A stretch of DNA of 64,000 bases from a bacterium (GCA_963674595.2 CAXXFV010000029.1:64001-128000); one strand, 5' to 3'. Positions 43,438-54,219 are shown, counted from the first letter of the stretch. Notes: generated by a model not told the origin, from the sequence alone. Made by a program: numbers and translations.

Positions 43438-43891
43438 GTAGAAATAGACCTAATCACCACGGAGGGATTGAGACATTTAACCACATTGCCATCATTTTTG
43501 AAAGCAAAAACTTCATGTAGAAATAGACCTAATCACCACGGAGGGATTGAGACAGTATCCACTTTGTTTGTTGTATAAGGACGTGGCACTTGCCGTAGAA
43601 ATAGACCTAATCACCACGGAGGGATTGAGACGTAAATACGAGCATCTGATAACAGATTAAGCCTTAATCTATGTGGAAATAGACCTAATCACCACGGAGG
43701 GGCCGTTTGCGGCAGGTTCGAAAATATTGTTCTTTATAAAGTGTTTTGCAATGTTACAGAAGCCATAACCTATGGTAAGCGTCCTTGCGTCGCTATGCTC
43801 CGCTGAGATTGAGAACTAATAAAAACGAATCAAAGAAAGACCTGATCACCACGGAGGGGCCGTTTGCGGCAGGTTCGGGAGTATTGTTCTT
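43438..43891 (+). CRISPR. Orphan CRISPR array: 3 perfect 37-bp repeats, 3 spacers of 41-42 bp, 2 degenerate terminal repeats
   Basis: GTAGAAATAGACCTAATCACCACGGAGGGATTGAGAC at 43438, 43517 and 43595; partial copies at 43673 and ~43835; unique spacers; no cas genes in the window. Confidence 0.93.
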
Positions 43892-44062
43892 CTGCTCTAC
43901 TTGGGAATCTTTCCCAAGGCGCAAATTAACCGGGGTATTTACCCCGATAAACCCAAGGTTTATTGATGTAAATAATAATATGGGCCCGTTATTTGAGAAC
44001 TGATCAGGGCAAAATGCCCTGGTTTATTTAACGCCCCGGAAAAGGAATTCCGGGGCGAGCAA
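43892..44062. mobile_element. ~170-bp REPIN/MITE-like doublet made of two inverted two-hairpin units
   Basis: Starts (C/T)TGCTC.. hairpin and ends hairpin ..GGGGCGAGCAA; copies at 4140-4301, 8165-8324, ~18000-18135, 35531-35667, and reversed at 52202-52350 and 54279-54460. Confidence 0.75.
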
Positions 44063-44139
44063 AGAGTTATAAAATATATACTATGTCATCAAACTCGTTT
44101 AATCCTATGTTATACAAGTAATTAATTATAATATCAGGA

Positions 44140-45087
44140 GTGAGGATGTTAATGATTGATAAGTTGATAGCTGTTGATTTGAGAGAAATTTGGAGGAATG
44201 AAGCTCGAAATTTTACTACTTGGTTATTCAATAATTTAGATATTTTAAATGAGCAGATAGGACTTGATTTGAGTTCTTTGGAAACTGAAAAATCCGCAGG
44301 TGTTTTTTCAGTTGATATATTAGCAGAAGATAGGAGTGGCAGATTAGTAATAATTGAAAATCAGCTTGAAAAAACTGATCATGACCATCTTGGTAAAGTA
44401 TTAACATATTTAGCAAATTTAAGTGCCAAGATTGGGATATGGATTTCTCCTGATCCACGTCCTGAGCACGCGAAGACAATTGATTATTTAAATGAAATCG
44501 CACCTGACGACACTCATTTTTTCTTAATAAAAATACAAGCATTCAAAATAGGGGAATCTAAGCCTGCTCCTTTTTTTTCTATAATTGCAGGACCAAATCC
44601 TGAAGTTACTGCTGGAGGGAAAATAAAAAAAGAATTAGCGGAAAGTGGTCAAAAGAGGTATATGTTTTTTGAACAATTACTGACCTTATCAAATAAAAAA
44701 ACAAATCTATTTAATAATATATCTCCTAATGCATATCAGGGGTGGGTTGGAGCAGGAGCAGGTAAATTTGGCCTTGCGTGGAATTATGTTATCATGTTAT
44801 CAAAAAGTAGGATTGAATTTTTTATTTGTTCTCCAGATGCTGAACTAAACAAAAAAAGGTTTGAATATTTCTTTTCTCATAAAAATGAAATTGAAAATGA
44901 TTTTGGTGGTAAAATAGATTGGGATTTTAAGGAAGGTCGAAAACAACATTACATAAAATCATGGTCAAATACTGGTGGTCTCCAAGATGAAGAAAAATGG
45001 TTAAAAATACAAGAAGATCTTATAGATAAAATGGTTAGACTAGAAAGGGTTTTACATAAATACATATTAAAAATTAATAATATATAA
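44140..45087 (+). CDS. DUF4268 domain protein with N-terminal NucS-like PD-(D/E)xK domain
   Basis: W.NEAR.FT.WL, VDILA...IIENQL..TDHDHLGK.LTY. Confidence 0.82.
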   Translation: MRMLMIDKLIAVDLREIWRNEARNFTTWLFNNLDILNEQIGLDLSSLETEKSAGVFSVDILAEDRSGRLVIIENQLEKTDHDHLGKVLTYLANLSAKIGIWISPDPRPEHAKTIDYLNEIAPDDTHFFLIKIQAFKIGESKPAPFFSIIAGPNPEVTAGGKIKKELAESGQKRYMFFEQLLTLSNKKTNLFNNISPNAYQGWVGAGAGKFGLAWNYVIMLSKSRIEFFICSPDAELNKKRFEYFFSHKNEIENDFGGKIDWDFKEGRKQHYIKSWSNTGGLQDEEKWLKIQEDLIDKMVRLERVLHKYILKINNI

Positions 45088-45580
45088 ATTTTTATATGAT
45101 AATAAAAAACTGATCATCCCGGGGCTTTACCCTGGGACGTAATAAACCGAGGGTTTGGCCCTCCAACTTGGTGAACGATTATAGTCTGTGCCCATTTTCA
45201 GCCTTAAGCTGTTGTTCTACCGCACCATTGTGTGATTAATTCAAAAATCAATTCAGCTTTAACGCAGAGGCCGCAAAGGTGCGCAGAGGAAACCGGGAAC
45301 AAAATAAACTTAAAGCGGACACTGAGCGGAGTAAAAGCGAGGTACTTTTGGGATGGGGGATAAAATCCCGGTTTTATTGAGCGGAAAAATATTTTATATG
45401 TAAAGTTAAAAAAATAATGTAAATTCTATATGGATTCCTTATTCGTCAAGTGACAAGGTAAACAGAATTTAATTGTTTATCCAAATTCTCTTACTTTCAT
45501 TGTCGGCCCGGTTAAATGCTAAATGATGCATAAAATAAACCCTAATATTTTTTCACAATTAAAAAGTAGCGAGGTGAAAA

Positions 45581-46174
45581 ATGGCCAATTCTCAACATCC
45601 AAAAACGAGTGCAAAGGTACAACCCCTGCTTACTGAGGAAGAACGAACTGCATGTGAAAACATAAGCTTATCTGAAGACTTTGGAAAACATGCAAAGGCT
45701 TTGCTTGCTTTAGACCAGGGACTTACACAAGCTCAGGCTGCTGAAAAAAGCGGTCTCTCTGCCGGGCAGGTGCGTTACTGGATTGCAAAATTTAAAAAAG
45801 AGAGATTGAATATTTTTCCAGAGCCAACCCTGTCACAACTCTCTGTAAAAAGTGAGCCTCTCGTTCAAGAAAAATCCGAGACGGAAAATAAAACAGATGA
45901 GGCTAAAGAACAAAAAGTCCCTAAAAAAAGTTCAAAGCCGAAAAAGAAAGATTCTAAAAAACAGGAAAAAACAAAGGCAAAATCTCAAAAAGATAAAAAG
46001 AAATCCAAAAAAAATAAAGAAAAGGATTCTCCCAAGAAAAACAAGAAAGATTCTTCTAAAAAAAGTAAAAAAAAGGATTCACCCAAAAAAGAAAAAAAAG
46101 GGGATAAAAAGAATAAATCATCAAAGAAAAAGGACAAAAAAGTAAAAAAGAGCAAAAAGACCAGGAAAAAATAA
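45581..46174 (+). CDS. HTH domain protein with Lys-rich C-terminal tail
   Basis: GLTQAQAAEKSGLSAGQVRYW helix-turn-helix; about 85 aa of KK(D/S/K)-rich tail; GAGGTG RBS. Confidence 0.75.
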   Translation: MANSQHPKTSAKVQPLLTEEERTACENISLSEDFGKHAKALLALDQGLTQAQAAEKSGLSAGQVRYWIAKFKKERLNIFPEPTLSQLSVKSEPLVQEKSETENKTDEAKEQKVPKKSSKPKKKDSKKQEKTKAKSQKDKKKSKKNKEKDSPKKNKKDSSKKSKKKDSPKKEKKGDKKNKSSKKKDKKVKKSKKTRKK

Positions 46175-46444
46175 GTATGTTTAGTTGGTCACCCTGTCCG
46201 GCAAGCCTGCAGCAAAAGTTGATTCTGGTGGTACTTTCGTCCTTAAGCCCTACACTGTGACGTAATAAACTGAGGGCCAGGCCCTCCAACTTTTTGAATA
46301 ATTGCAGGCTGTGCCCATTTTTAGGTCCCGGCAACAGACTAAAATTTGGTACAGAAAAGTTGGGTTTAATGGAATGAACAACTTACAACTGAATGCAGTC
46401 ACTGTAAATATAACTAAAATAAAACCATGTTAGAGTTTTAGAAT

Positions 46445-47296
46445 ATGAAAAAAAATCAAATATTTTGGATATTAGGAATTGTTATTTTATGCAGTATAAA
46501 ATTATTTTCTCAAGGTAATAATGAAAGAGATATAATTTTATTTGAAAAATCTTTTGAAAACAATGATATTGAAATGTTGGATCATTTTTTTGAAACTTGG
46601 GAAAATCAATCAACCCCAATATCAAAAAATGAACTCTCAAAACTATCTAAAATTAAAAAATATACTTATTCTCTTTTTCAAACATTTTATTATCCTTTCG
46701 GAATTCATGAAAGAGATATTCCAAAAGAATTTCGCAAAAAAAACTCTGATCCTGATTCTTTGGAAAAGTTATTTTTACCATATAAAAAACCAGAGTATAT
46801 TATTTTACAGAATAATATTTATATGGGAATAGTAAATGATTTTAAAAAAATAATAGATACAAATGAGTTTAATGTAGATCAATTTATTGTTTCTAAGGAT
46901 AGCATTTTAAATTTTCGCCCGACTGTTGATGTAAAAAATAAAAAAGGATTATTTATAAAAGAAAAATATTATGATATTTTTTATGATTTTGTGATGGATA
47001 GTTTAGAATATTTGGCTCGCGGAGATGAAAAAGATCATGAAATGTATTTAGATCTATGTAAAGTTGCTGATAGAAAAATGGATTTTTTAAAATCAAAAAT
47101 TGGTATACAATATGGCCATTGGGGAGGAATTCATGTCGAAACATTGCCATTTGTACATCTAATCTTGTTTAATAAAGGAATGTGGTTGGCAAAAGTTTAT
47201 TTTAGAGAAACCTGGTGGACTGGTGGAGAGGCTTATTATATTCGAATAGGAAATATATGGATCAAATTATACAGAGGGCAAACCTGGATTCAATAA
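46445..47296 (+). CDS. Hypothetical exported protein
   Basis: 283-aa AT-rich ORF with signal peptide; conserved-looking GHWGG.HVETLP C-terminus. Confidence 0.65.
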   Translation: MKKNQIFWILGIVILCSIKLFSQGNNERDIILFEKSFENNDIEMLDHFFETWENQSTPISKNELSKLSKIKKYTYSLFQTFYYPFGIHERDIPKEFRKKNSDPDSLEKLFLPYKKPEYIILQNNIYMGIVNDFKKIIDTNEFNVDQFIVSKDSILNFRPTVDVKNKKGLFIKEKYYDIFYDFVMDSLEYLARGDEKDHEMYLDLCKVADRKMDFLKSKIGIQYGHWGGIHVETLPFVHLILFNKGMWLAKVYFRETWWTGGEAYYIRIGNIWIKLYRGQTWIQ

Positions 47297-47675
47297 ATTA
47301 GACAAAAGTTACTCGCAGGCTGCGCCCATTTTCAGCCGCAGGGTTTGGTTCTACTGCACCATTGTGTTAAAATTAAATTCAAAAAAGTGTCACCTTGAGC
47401 GGAGTAGAAGGGTGATACTTTTGGGATGGGGATGAAATTTCGGTTTTATTGGTTCTGCGGGCTATGCCTTCCTATATGCACAAAACTGGCATGTCATACA
47501 CTGACATAAAATAGCATTTTTCCCTTCTTTGTGATCTCCGTGCCCTTTGTGAGAAAAAAGTTACACCGTTCCTCAAATTTCACCCCCCCTTTCCCAAAAT
47601 CCAACAATAAATTGGGTTGCATTCCAGCTTAAAATCTTTTATTTTATTTAAATTTTTTAAGAGGAGGATGCAACG

Positions 47676-49253
47676 ATGGAACTGTTCGCCGGAATTGACA
47701 GCTCGACCCAGGGCACAAAACTGATCATACTTGACGTTAAAGAAGAGAAAGTTGTCTATCTGGATGCTGTTAATTACGATAAAGATTTACCCCACTATAA
47801 AACCCGTGACGGTGTTGTCACCGGACTCGAAGAAGGCGTTTCCGAGTCTGACCCCATGATGTGGATCGAGGCCCTTGAGGTTTTGTTCACACGTTTGCAA
47901 AAATCCGATATACCCCGGCAGTACATCAAGGCAATATCTGTTTCCGGGCAGCAGCACGGCCTGGTAACGCTGGATGAAAACGGCGAATTGACCCGCTGCC
48001 GAAGCAAGCTGTGGAACGATTTCAGTACCGGTAAAGAGTGTCAATTAATGACCGACGCCCTCGGCGGTATGAATGAGATGGTCCTGGCTGTGGGCAACAG
48101 TCAGCGCACCGGTTATACGGCCGCCAAAATATATTCCATGGCGCGTAACCAACCGGAGGGTTTTGCCAAAACCACCACCTGTTTTTTGGTGCATAATTTT
48201 ATAAACTGGTATCTCACCGGCGGCAAAAACGGCGGTGTGCGGGTGATGGAACCCGGCGATACCTCGGGCATGGCCCTGTGGAACCCGGAAACCGGCACGT
48301 GGTCTGAAAAGCTGATGGATTTTATTTCACCGGATTTAAAAAACAAAATCCCGCCGTTGAAACCAAGTGACGAAATGATCGGCAAAATCGGTAAAAACCT
48401 CGCGGAGAAATACGGATTTTCCCCGGACTGCTGGATCGATGCGGGCAGCGGCGACAATATGTACGGCGCGGTGGGTACCGGTAACGTGGAGCCGGGCATT
48501 GTTACCATCAGCCTGGGCACCAGCGGAACGGCCTATACGTTTTTAAACGAACCCTATGTTGACCCCAATGGTGAAATTGCCGCTTTTTGTGACAGCACCG
48601 GCCATTATTTGCCGCTGCTGTGTGTGTCCAATCTGGCCAACGGATACAATGCGGTGTTGAATAATTACAACATGTCCCATGAAGAATTTGTGCAGGTGGT
48701 TGACCAGACGCCGGTGGGCAATGAGGGCCGGATGCTGATTCCCTGGTACATGGGCGAACGCACCCCGGACGTCCCCATGGCGAGTCCGGTTTATTTTGGA
48801 TTTGGTCTGGATGATTTTACCAAAGAAAAACTGTGCCGTGCGGTTCTCGAAGGCCATATTTTGAATTTGTACGACGGCTTTCAAAAAATGCCGGTAAAAC
48901 CCAAAGAAATCCGGTTGACCGGCGGACTGGCACAGTCCAATGCATGGCGGCAGACCATTGCCGATGTGTTTAATGCCGAAGCAGTCCCTGTGGAAGGCGA
49001 AGGCGCGGCCCTGGGCGCAGCGCTGCACGCGGCCTGGGTCTATTCCAAACAGATTGGACAGCCAAAGCCGCTGACTGAAATGAGTGCGCCTTTTGTGATT
49101 TTGAACAACAAAAAACGAAACAAACCCGTGCCGGAACATGTAAATATTTATAACAAACAAAAGGACATGTTTCATGCCCTGAGCGCGCGTGTGAGAGGAC
49201 TGCAAACCCATCAGGATCCCTTTGCGGCACGCATGGAGATGCTGGCAGATTAG
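47676..49253 (+). CDS. xylB: Xylulokinase (FGGY family)
   Basis: GIDSSTQGTK, SGQQHG, GDN, SLGTSGT and GERTP motifs. Confidence 0.85.
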   Translation: MELFAGIDSSTQGTKLIILDVKEEKVVYLDAVNYDKDLPHYKTRDGVVTGLEEGVSESDPMMWIEALEVLFTRLQKSDIPRQYIKAISVSGQQHGLVTLDENGELTRCRSKLWNDFSTGKECQLMTDALGGMNEMVLAVGNSQRTGYTAAKIYSMARNQPEGFAKTTTCFLVHNFINWYLTGGKNGGVRVMEPGDTSGMALWNPETGTWSEKLMDFISPDLKNKIPPLKPSDEMIGKIGKNLAEKYGFSPDCWIDAGSGDNMYGAVGTGNVEPGIVTISLGTSGTAYTFLNEPYVDPNGEIAAFCDSTGHYLPLLCVSNLANGYNAVLNNYNMSHEEFVQVVDQTPVGNEGRMLIPWYMGERTPDVPMASPVYFGFGLDDFTKEKLCRAVLEGHILNLYDGFQKMPVKPKEIRLTGGLAQSNAWRQTIADVFNAEAVPVEGEGAALGAALHAAWVYSKQIGQPKPLTEMSAPFVILNNKKRNKPVPEHVNIYNKQKDMFHALSARVRGLQTHQDPFAARMEMLAD

Positions 49254-49549
49254 CAGGTATTTTATTCTTCACACAAAGAACACAAAGTGAAAATGAATAT
49301 TTTCTTCTTTGTGACAATTATGTTAAACGAGATACAGATTAAAAAGTAGACTTTTTTAACCACAAAGGACACAGAGATTACACAAAGAACACAAAGAAGG
49401 AACAATATCTATTTAATTTCAAAGACCGAGTCCTGCCATTGCTGTGAATGCAGGAATCCGGATATTTTTTCAGTTTTCTTTGTGAACCTTGTGTTAAACG
49501 AGATACAGATTAAAAAGTAAGATTATTTTATTTAAGAGGAGATATTATT

Positions 49550-50320
49550 ATGGCTGATGTCATTGATTACAAAATAATCGGCGACGATATGCAGTTGGTG
49601 GAAATTGAACTGGACCCCGGTGAAGGCGTTCGCGCAGAAGCCGGCGCCATGACATATATGGAGCAGGGTATTGAAATGCAAACCGGTGCAGACGGCGGCC
49701 TTTTTAAAGGATTCAAACGTATGCTGACCGGTGAGAGTTTTTTCATCACCACGTTTATGTATAACGGACGCGGTAAGGGTCATGTTGCATTTGGCGCACC
49801 CTATCCCGGAAAAATCATTCCCCTGGAAATAGGCCAACTCGGCGGACAGTTTTTGTGTCAAAAAGACGCGTTCCTGTGCGCTGCCAAAGGTGTGGACATA
49901 GAAATTGCGTTTACCAAACGCATCGGCGCAGGTTTGTTCGGCGGTGAAGGTTTTATCTTACAGCGTTTGGAAGGCGACGGCCTGGCCTTTGTTCATGCCG
50001 GCGGTACTATTGTAAAAAAAGAGCTGGCTTCCGGCGAACGTTTACGTGTGGATACCGGCTGTTTGGTGGCGTTTTCACCCACAGTCGATTATGACATTCA
50101 ATTCATCGGCGGATTTAAAAACGCCCTGTTTGGCGGTGAAGGTGTTTTTCTCGCCAATTTGACCGGCCCCGGAACGGTTTATCTGCAAAGTCTGCCGTTC
50201 TCCAGACTCGCGGACCGCATTTTTGCCGCATCAAGATCCAATCGCGGTGAAAGCAAAGGTGTTGCCGGTATTGGCGGTGATCTGCTGGGCGGATTACTCG
50301 GCGGTGACAAAAATTTTTAG
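49550..50320 (+). CDS. TIGR00266 / AIM24 family protein
   Basis: [38 protein letters not shown]. Confidence 0.92.
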   Translation: MADVIDYKIIGDDMQLVEIELDPGEGVRAEAGAMTYMEQGIEMQTGADGGLFKGFKRMLTGESFFITTFMYNGRGKGHVAFGAPYPGKIIPLEIGQLGGQFLCQKDAFLCAAKGVDIEIAFTKRIGAGLFGGEGFILQRLEGDGLAFVHAGGTIVKKELASGERLRVDTGCLVAFSPTVDYDIQFIGGFKNALFGGEGVFLANLTGPGTVYLQSLPFSRLADRIFAASRSNRGESKGVAGIGGDLLGGLLGGDKNF

Positions 50321-50331
50321 TATATGCACAG

Positions 50332-50361
50332 CCCCTGTTTTTAACAGGGGTTTTGTTTTTT
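50332..50361 (+). terminator. Intrinsic terminator
   Basis: CCCCTGTT-TTT-AACAGGGG plus T-tract after the AIM24 gene. Confidence 0.7.
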
Positions 50362-50525
50362 GTATTTTTAACCACAAAGGTCAGAGCATACACTATGGAC
50401 ACAAAGAAGAAATAAAAGGGCACAGCCCTTGAATTAATTCGTCCACCAGTAGGATCCCATAGACGATCGATTTATTTCGGAAGGCACTAACTTACATTTG
50501 TCCTTTCTTAAGGAGGTTATTTATC

Positions 50526-51923
50526 ATGAACAGAAGGACCTTTCACAAAAGTTTACTTTCCCTGGTCGGCACGACCCTGTTTTGCGGGACAGGCGCTGAA
50601 AAGAAACCCAATATTTTGTTTCTGTTGTCCGATGACCATCGCTGGAACGCCATGGGCTGTATGGGAAATTCCATTGTAAAAACGCCCAATCTGGATAGGC
50701 TCGCGTCCCAGGGTTTTACCTTTACCAACCATTTTTGTACAACATCTATATGTATGACAAGCCGGGCCGGCATATTCAGCGGACTTTATGCACGCGCGCA
50801 TACCATCAACCGTTTTGATGTGCCTTTTACCCCGGAACAGTTTTCCAAAACCTATCCTGCTTTGTTGAAAAAAGCCGGATACCGTACCGGGTTTGTGGGC
50901 AAATGGGGCCTGGGCGGTGACCGGCCGGAAAGCGAATTTGATTATTTTAACGGGTTCTCGGGACAGGGGCATTATTTCCCGGAAGGCGAAGGCACGGGAA
51001 AACATTTGACAACCGTTATTTCCGATAATGCCGTCGAGTTTATGGAATCCTGCACCGGCGATCAGCCCTTTTGTTTATCTGTCAGCTTTAAATCACCGCA
51101 CGTACAGGACGAAGACCCGCGCCAGTTTTTATATGACCCCCAATATGAGGATTTGTATAAAACAGACGAAATACCGGTCCCGGAAACAGGTACGGAGGAA
51201 GCATTTGCCAATCTGCCGAAAAAGCTGCAAACATCCGAAGCCAGACGACGCTGGAAAATGCGTTTTTCCACACCGGAAAAATATCAGGAATCCGTTAAAA
51301 GCTATTACCGGCTCATCACCGGCATGGACCGGCAGGTCGGCCGTATGCGGGATGTTTTGAAAAAACTCGGACTCGATAAAAATACCGTCATAATTTATAC
51401 ATCTGATAACGGCTTTTACCTGGGTGAACACGGACTGGCCGGCAAATGGTTTATGCACGAAGAATCGGTGCGGCTGCCGCTTATCATTTATGATCCCAGA
51501 CGCTCCGACGGCGGCAAACAAATTGATAAAATGACCCTGAATATCGACATGGCCCCGACCATGCTCGACATCGCCGGTGTGCCCATACCGGTTGACAGAC
51601 AGGGTAAAAGCGCCATGCCCCTTATTAAGGACCCCGATACTAAAGGGCGCAGCGAATGGTTTTATGAACACACTTTTGATCATGGACGGATTCCCAAAAG
51701 CGAAGGCGTTTATACTAAAGAGTGGAAATATATTCGTTATATTGACGAGGACCCTGTTGTTGAGGAGCTTTACAACCTGGCCAAAGATCCCCATGAGAAG
51801 CGCAACCTGGCGAACGAACATTATTATGAGCCGGTGTTGATTGAAATGCGCGGGAAATGGCGGGCCTGGCGGGATGGTCTTGAAGACTGGCGTCCGAATG
51901 TGAAATGGCAGAATCCGGCCTAG
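50526..51923 (+). CDS. Sulfatase with Tat signal
   Basis: NRRTF, PNILFLLSDD, CMTSR, GKW, SDNG, GEH. Confidence 0.92.
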   Translation: MNRRTFHKSLLSLVGTTLFCGTGAEKKPNILFLLSDDHRWNAMGCMGNSIVKTPNLDRLASQGFTFTNHFCTTSICMTSRAGIFSGLYARAHTINRFDVPFTPEQFSKTYPALLKKAGYRTGFVGKWGLGGDRPESEFDYFNGFSGQGHYFPEGEGTGKHLTTVISDNAVEFMESCTGDQPFCLSVSFKSPHVQDEDPRQFLYDPQYEDLYKTDEIPVPETGTEEAFANLPKKLQTSEARRRWKMRFSTPEKYQESVKSYYRLITGMDRQVGRMRDVLKKLGLDKNTVIIYTSDNGFYLGEHGLAGKWFMHEESVRLPLIIYDPRRSDGGKQIDKMTLNIDMAPTMLDIAGVPIPVDRQGKSAMPLIKDPDTKGRSEWFYEHTFDHGRIPKSEGVYTKEWKYIRYIDEDPVVEELYNLAKDPHEKRNLANEHYYEPVLIEMRGKWRAWRDGLEDWRPNVKWQNPA

Positions 51924-51928
51924 TGTGA

Positions 51929-51959
51929 GGGGTCCATATTTTGGACCCTTTTGTTTTTT
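51929..51959 (+). terminator. Intrinsic terminator
   Basis: GGGTCCA-TATTT-TGGACCC plus T-tract after the sulfatase. Confidence 0.7.
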
Positions 51960-52201
51960 CTCGTCCTTCGGGATTTGATACGGCTGATATTTCAGTTATA
52001 GCTTGTCTCAATCTCAACAAAACACATCGATTTTAAAAAAGAGCATAATGTCATCTCATCAAAGATCGAGACATATTATTCCTGCTAAAACGATGGATAT
52101 AAAATAGAGTGTCATTCTGTAAGAATCTTTCCTGGATATAGAGCAGATTATAAGTCAGGGAAGATGCCTCCGGCATGACATTTTTGTTATATCTAGAAAA
52201 A

Positions 52202-52630
52202 GTTAAATAAACCGGGACATTTTGGCCCGATCAGTTCTTAAATAACGGGCCTATATTAATATTGACATTATAAAACCTTAAATTTATCGGGGTAAATACC
52301 CTGCCTGATTTGCGCCCTGAAAAAATTTTAGGGTCAGTAAAATCTTTGGGCGATTAATTGATATGTGTAGGGATTAAAAATTTTTAACCCCTACATGGGT
52401 TGATCGTCTTGTAAATTTCATCCAGGATACTAGATAAAAATGGGCTTTACCCTGCTCCCGCTTCGGCTTCGCTCCCGCTTCGACTCCGCTCAGCGTCCGC
52501 TTCAAGTATGGGCCTTGAGCAGAGCCGAAAGAGGTCCTTGAGCGGAGCCGAAAGGCAGATCAGGGTGACACCGGTCTGACTTTTTTTAGATTAATCTCAA
52601 TATGGTATGGTAGAACAGCCCCCTTACGGC
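52202..52630 (+). repeat. ~430-bp direct repeat, left copy
   Basis: Near-identical to 54308-54741. Confidence 0.92.
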
Positions 52631-52886
52631 ATTAATACTTGACACGTATTGCGATTATCTTTACATTAAATCATAATATTAGAGATACATGGGATTTTAA
52701 ACATGGGAACTCGGTTAAGGATATAAGGAGCCAAAATTTTACAAGCTCCATCCCCATGTAAACGTATTCTATCTGTTCTTTTAAACAAACATTTCGGGCC
52801 ATTAGAAGTAAAGTCTGTAAAAGCAGTCACTATATATAAAAGTTATTTTAACAGCTTGGTTTATATCATTTTTAGAGGGAAAAATA

Positions 52887-54191
52887 ATGATAAAACGAAA
52901 AATCTTTATTATCCTTTTAATAATATGGTGTTCTGCTCTCAGGGCAGATGAAATAGATTGGACGGTTTATACCGAAGAAAACAGCGGTTTGGGATGTAAT
53001 TATGTTTTTGTTATTGCCCACGATAAACTGCAAAATGTGTGGTTTGCAACATACGATGGTCTCTATCTCTTTGACGGTCAACACTGGACAACCTATGATA
53101 CCACAAATTGCGACATAATTTCAAACAGAGTCAATGCAATGGCAATCGATTCCAACGATGTCAAATGGCTTGGATTTACGGCTAACATTAAATGTGGTAT
53201 TTCAAGTTTTGACGACCAGAATTGGAAAAATTACTATAAAGCTGAAAATCAGCTATATCCAACAACGGTTATGACGATTGCCGTAGACAGGGAAAATAAA
53301 AAATGGTTTGGTCAGTATGGTGCCGGCCTTACATCATTTGATGAAAACTCGTGGCATTTCTATCATCCCTTCACTTCTGAAATTGGATGGGGAACTATTT
53401 TATGTATGGTTCCGGATTCAAAAAATAAACTGTGGGTTTGTACATCAGACGTTGGAGATGCTGTTTGTGCCGGTGTAAATATTTTGGATGGCGAAAACTG
53501 GTCACAGATTGATAAATCCAACAGTGATCTTGTTTCAAACAGTGTATATGCCATGGCCATTGACAAGAATGGGGTAAAATGGTTTGGTACAAACAAAGGT
53601 GTCTGCTCATTTGACGGTGAACACTGGCAAACATTCGATAGCGGAAACAGTGATTTAATTTCTAACAATGTTGTTACGATAGCTGTTGACAGTGCTAATA
53701 GAAAATGGTTTGGCACATATAATCATGGATTAATGCAATTTAACGAGAACAACTGGACGCTTTACAACACGGCTAACAGTCCCCTGCCCGGTAATGAAAT
53801 TCAACATATTTCTGCTGACAAAAAGGGAAATATTTGGGTGGCAACGGATAAAGGTGTTGCAACCACCGCAACAAGTGTATCGGTAAAAAATAAAATCCCT
53901 GATTCCAGTGTATTTTTCAAATTATTCCCCAATTATCCTAATCCATTTAATAACCAAACCTGTATTACATATAATTTACAAACCAGGTCGATTATAAAAA
54001 TTCAGATTTTTGATATTTTAGGCAAAAATATTATGACGTTAATTGATAATATGCAATCACCCGGATCACATAAAATATATTGGAACGGTAAGGACTCATC
54101 AAGAAATAGTGTTCCAAGCGGTCTTTATTTTGTTAAATTTTACATAAACAATACGGAGCAGCAAATCCAAAAAATAATGCTGATAAAATAA
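52887..54191 (+). CDS. Secreted beta-propeller (two-component-regulator propeller repeats) with YPNPFN/FlgD-Ig domain
   Basis: Repeats of type SN.V..IA.D....WFGT..G...FDG..W; YPNPFN...WNGKD...SGLYF. Confidence 0.85.
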   Translation: MIKRKIFIILLIIWCSALRADEIDWTVYTEENSGLGCNYVFVIAHDKLQNVWFATYDGLYLFDGQHWTTYDTTNCDIISNRVNAMAIDSNDVKWLGFTANIKCGISSFDDQNWKNYYKAENQLYPTTVMTIAVDRENKKWFGQYGAGLTSFDENSWHFYHPFTSEIGWGTILCMVPDSKNKLWVCTSDVGDAVCAGVNILDGENWSQIDKSNSDLVSNSVYAMAIDKNGVKWFGTNKGVCSFDGEHWQTFDSGNSDLISNNVVTIAVDSANRKWFGTYNHGLMQFNENNWTLYNTANSPLPGNEIQHISADKKGNIWVATDKGVATTATSVSVKNKIPDSSVFFKLFPNYPNPFNNQTCITYNLQTRSIIKIQIFDILGKNIMTLIDNMQSPGSHKIYWNGKDSSRNSVPSGLYFVKFYINNTEQQIQKIMLIK

Positions 54192-54219
54192 TATTACAAA
54201 TTCTAAAAAATTAGCGCAG
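54191..54219 (-). promoter_or_regulatory. Repeated promoter copy in antisense orientation with an altered -35 box
   Basis: On the minus strand: CTGCGC-17-TAATAT, pointing into the 3' end of 52887-54191. Confidence 0.55.

Noticed and set aside
51962-52022. CCTTCGGGATTTG..CGGCTGATATTT..AATCTCAACAAAA shared with 60558-60600
   Set aside because: The match is real but there are only two short copies. It is probably another minor REP family, with too little evidence for a separate claim.
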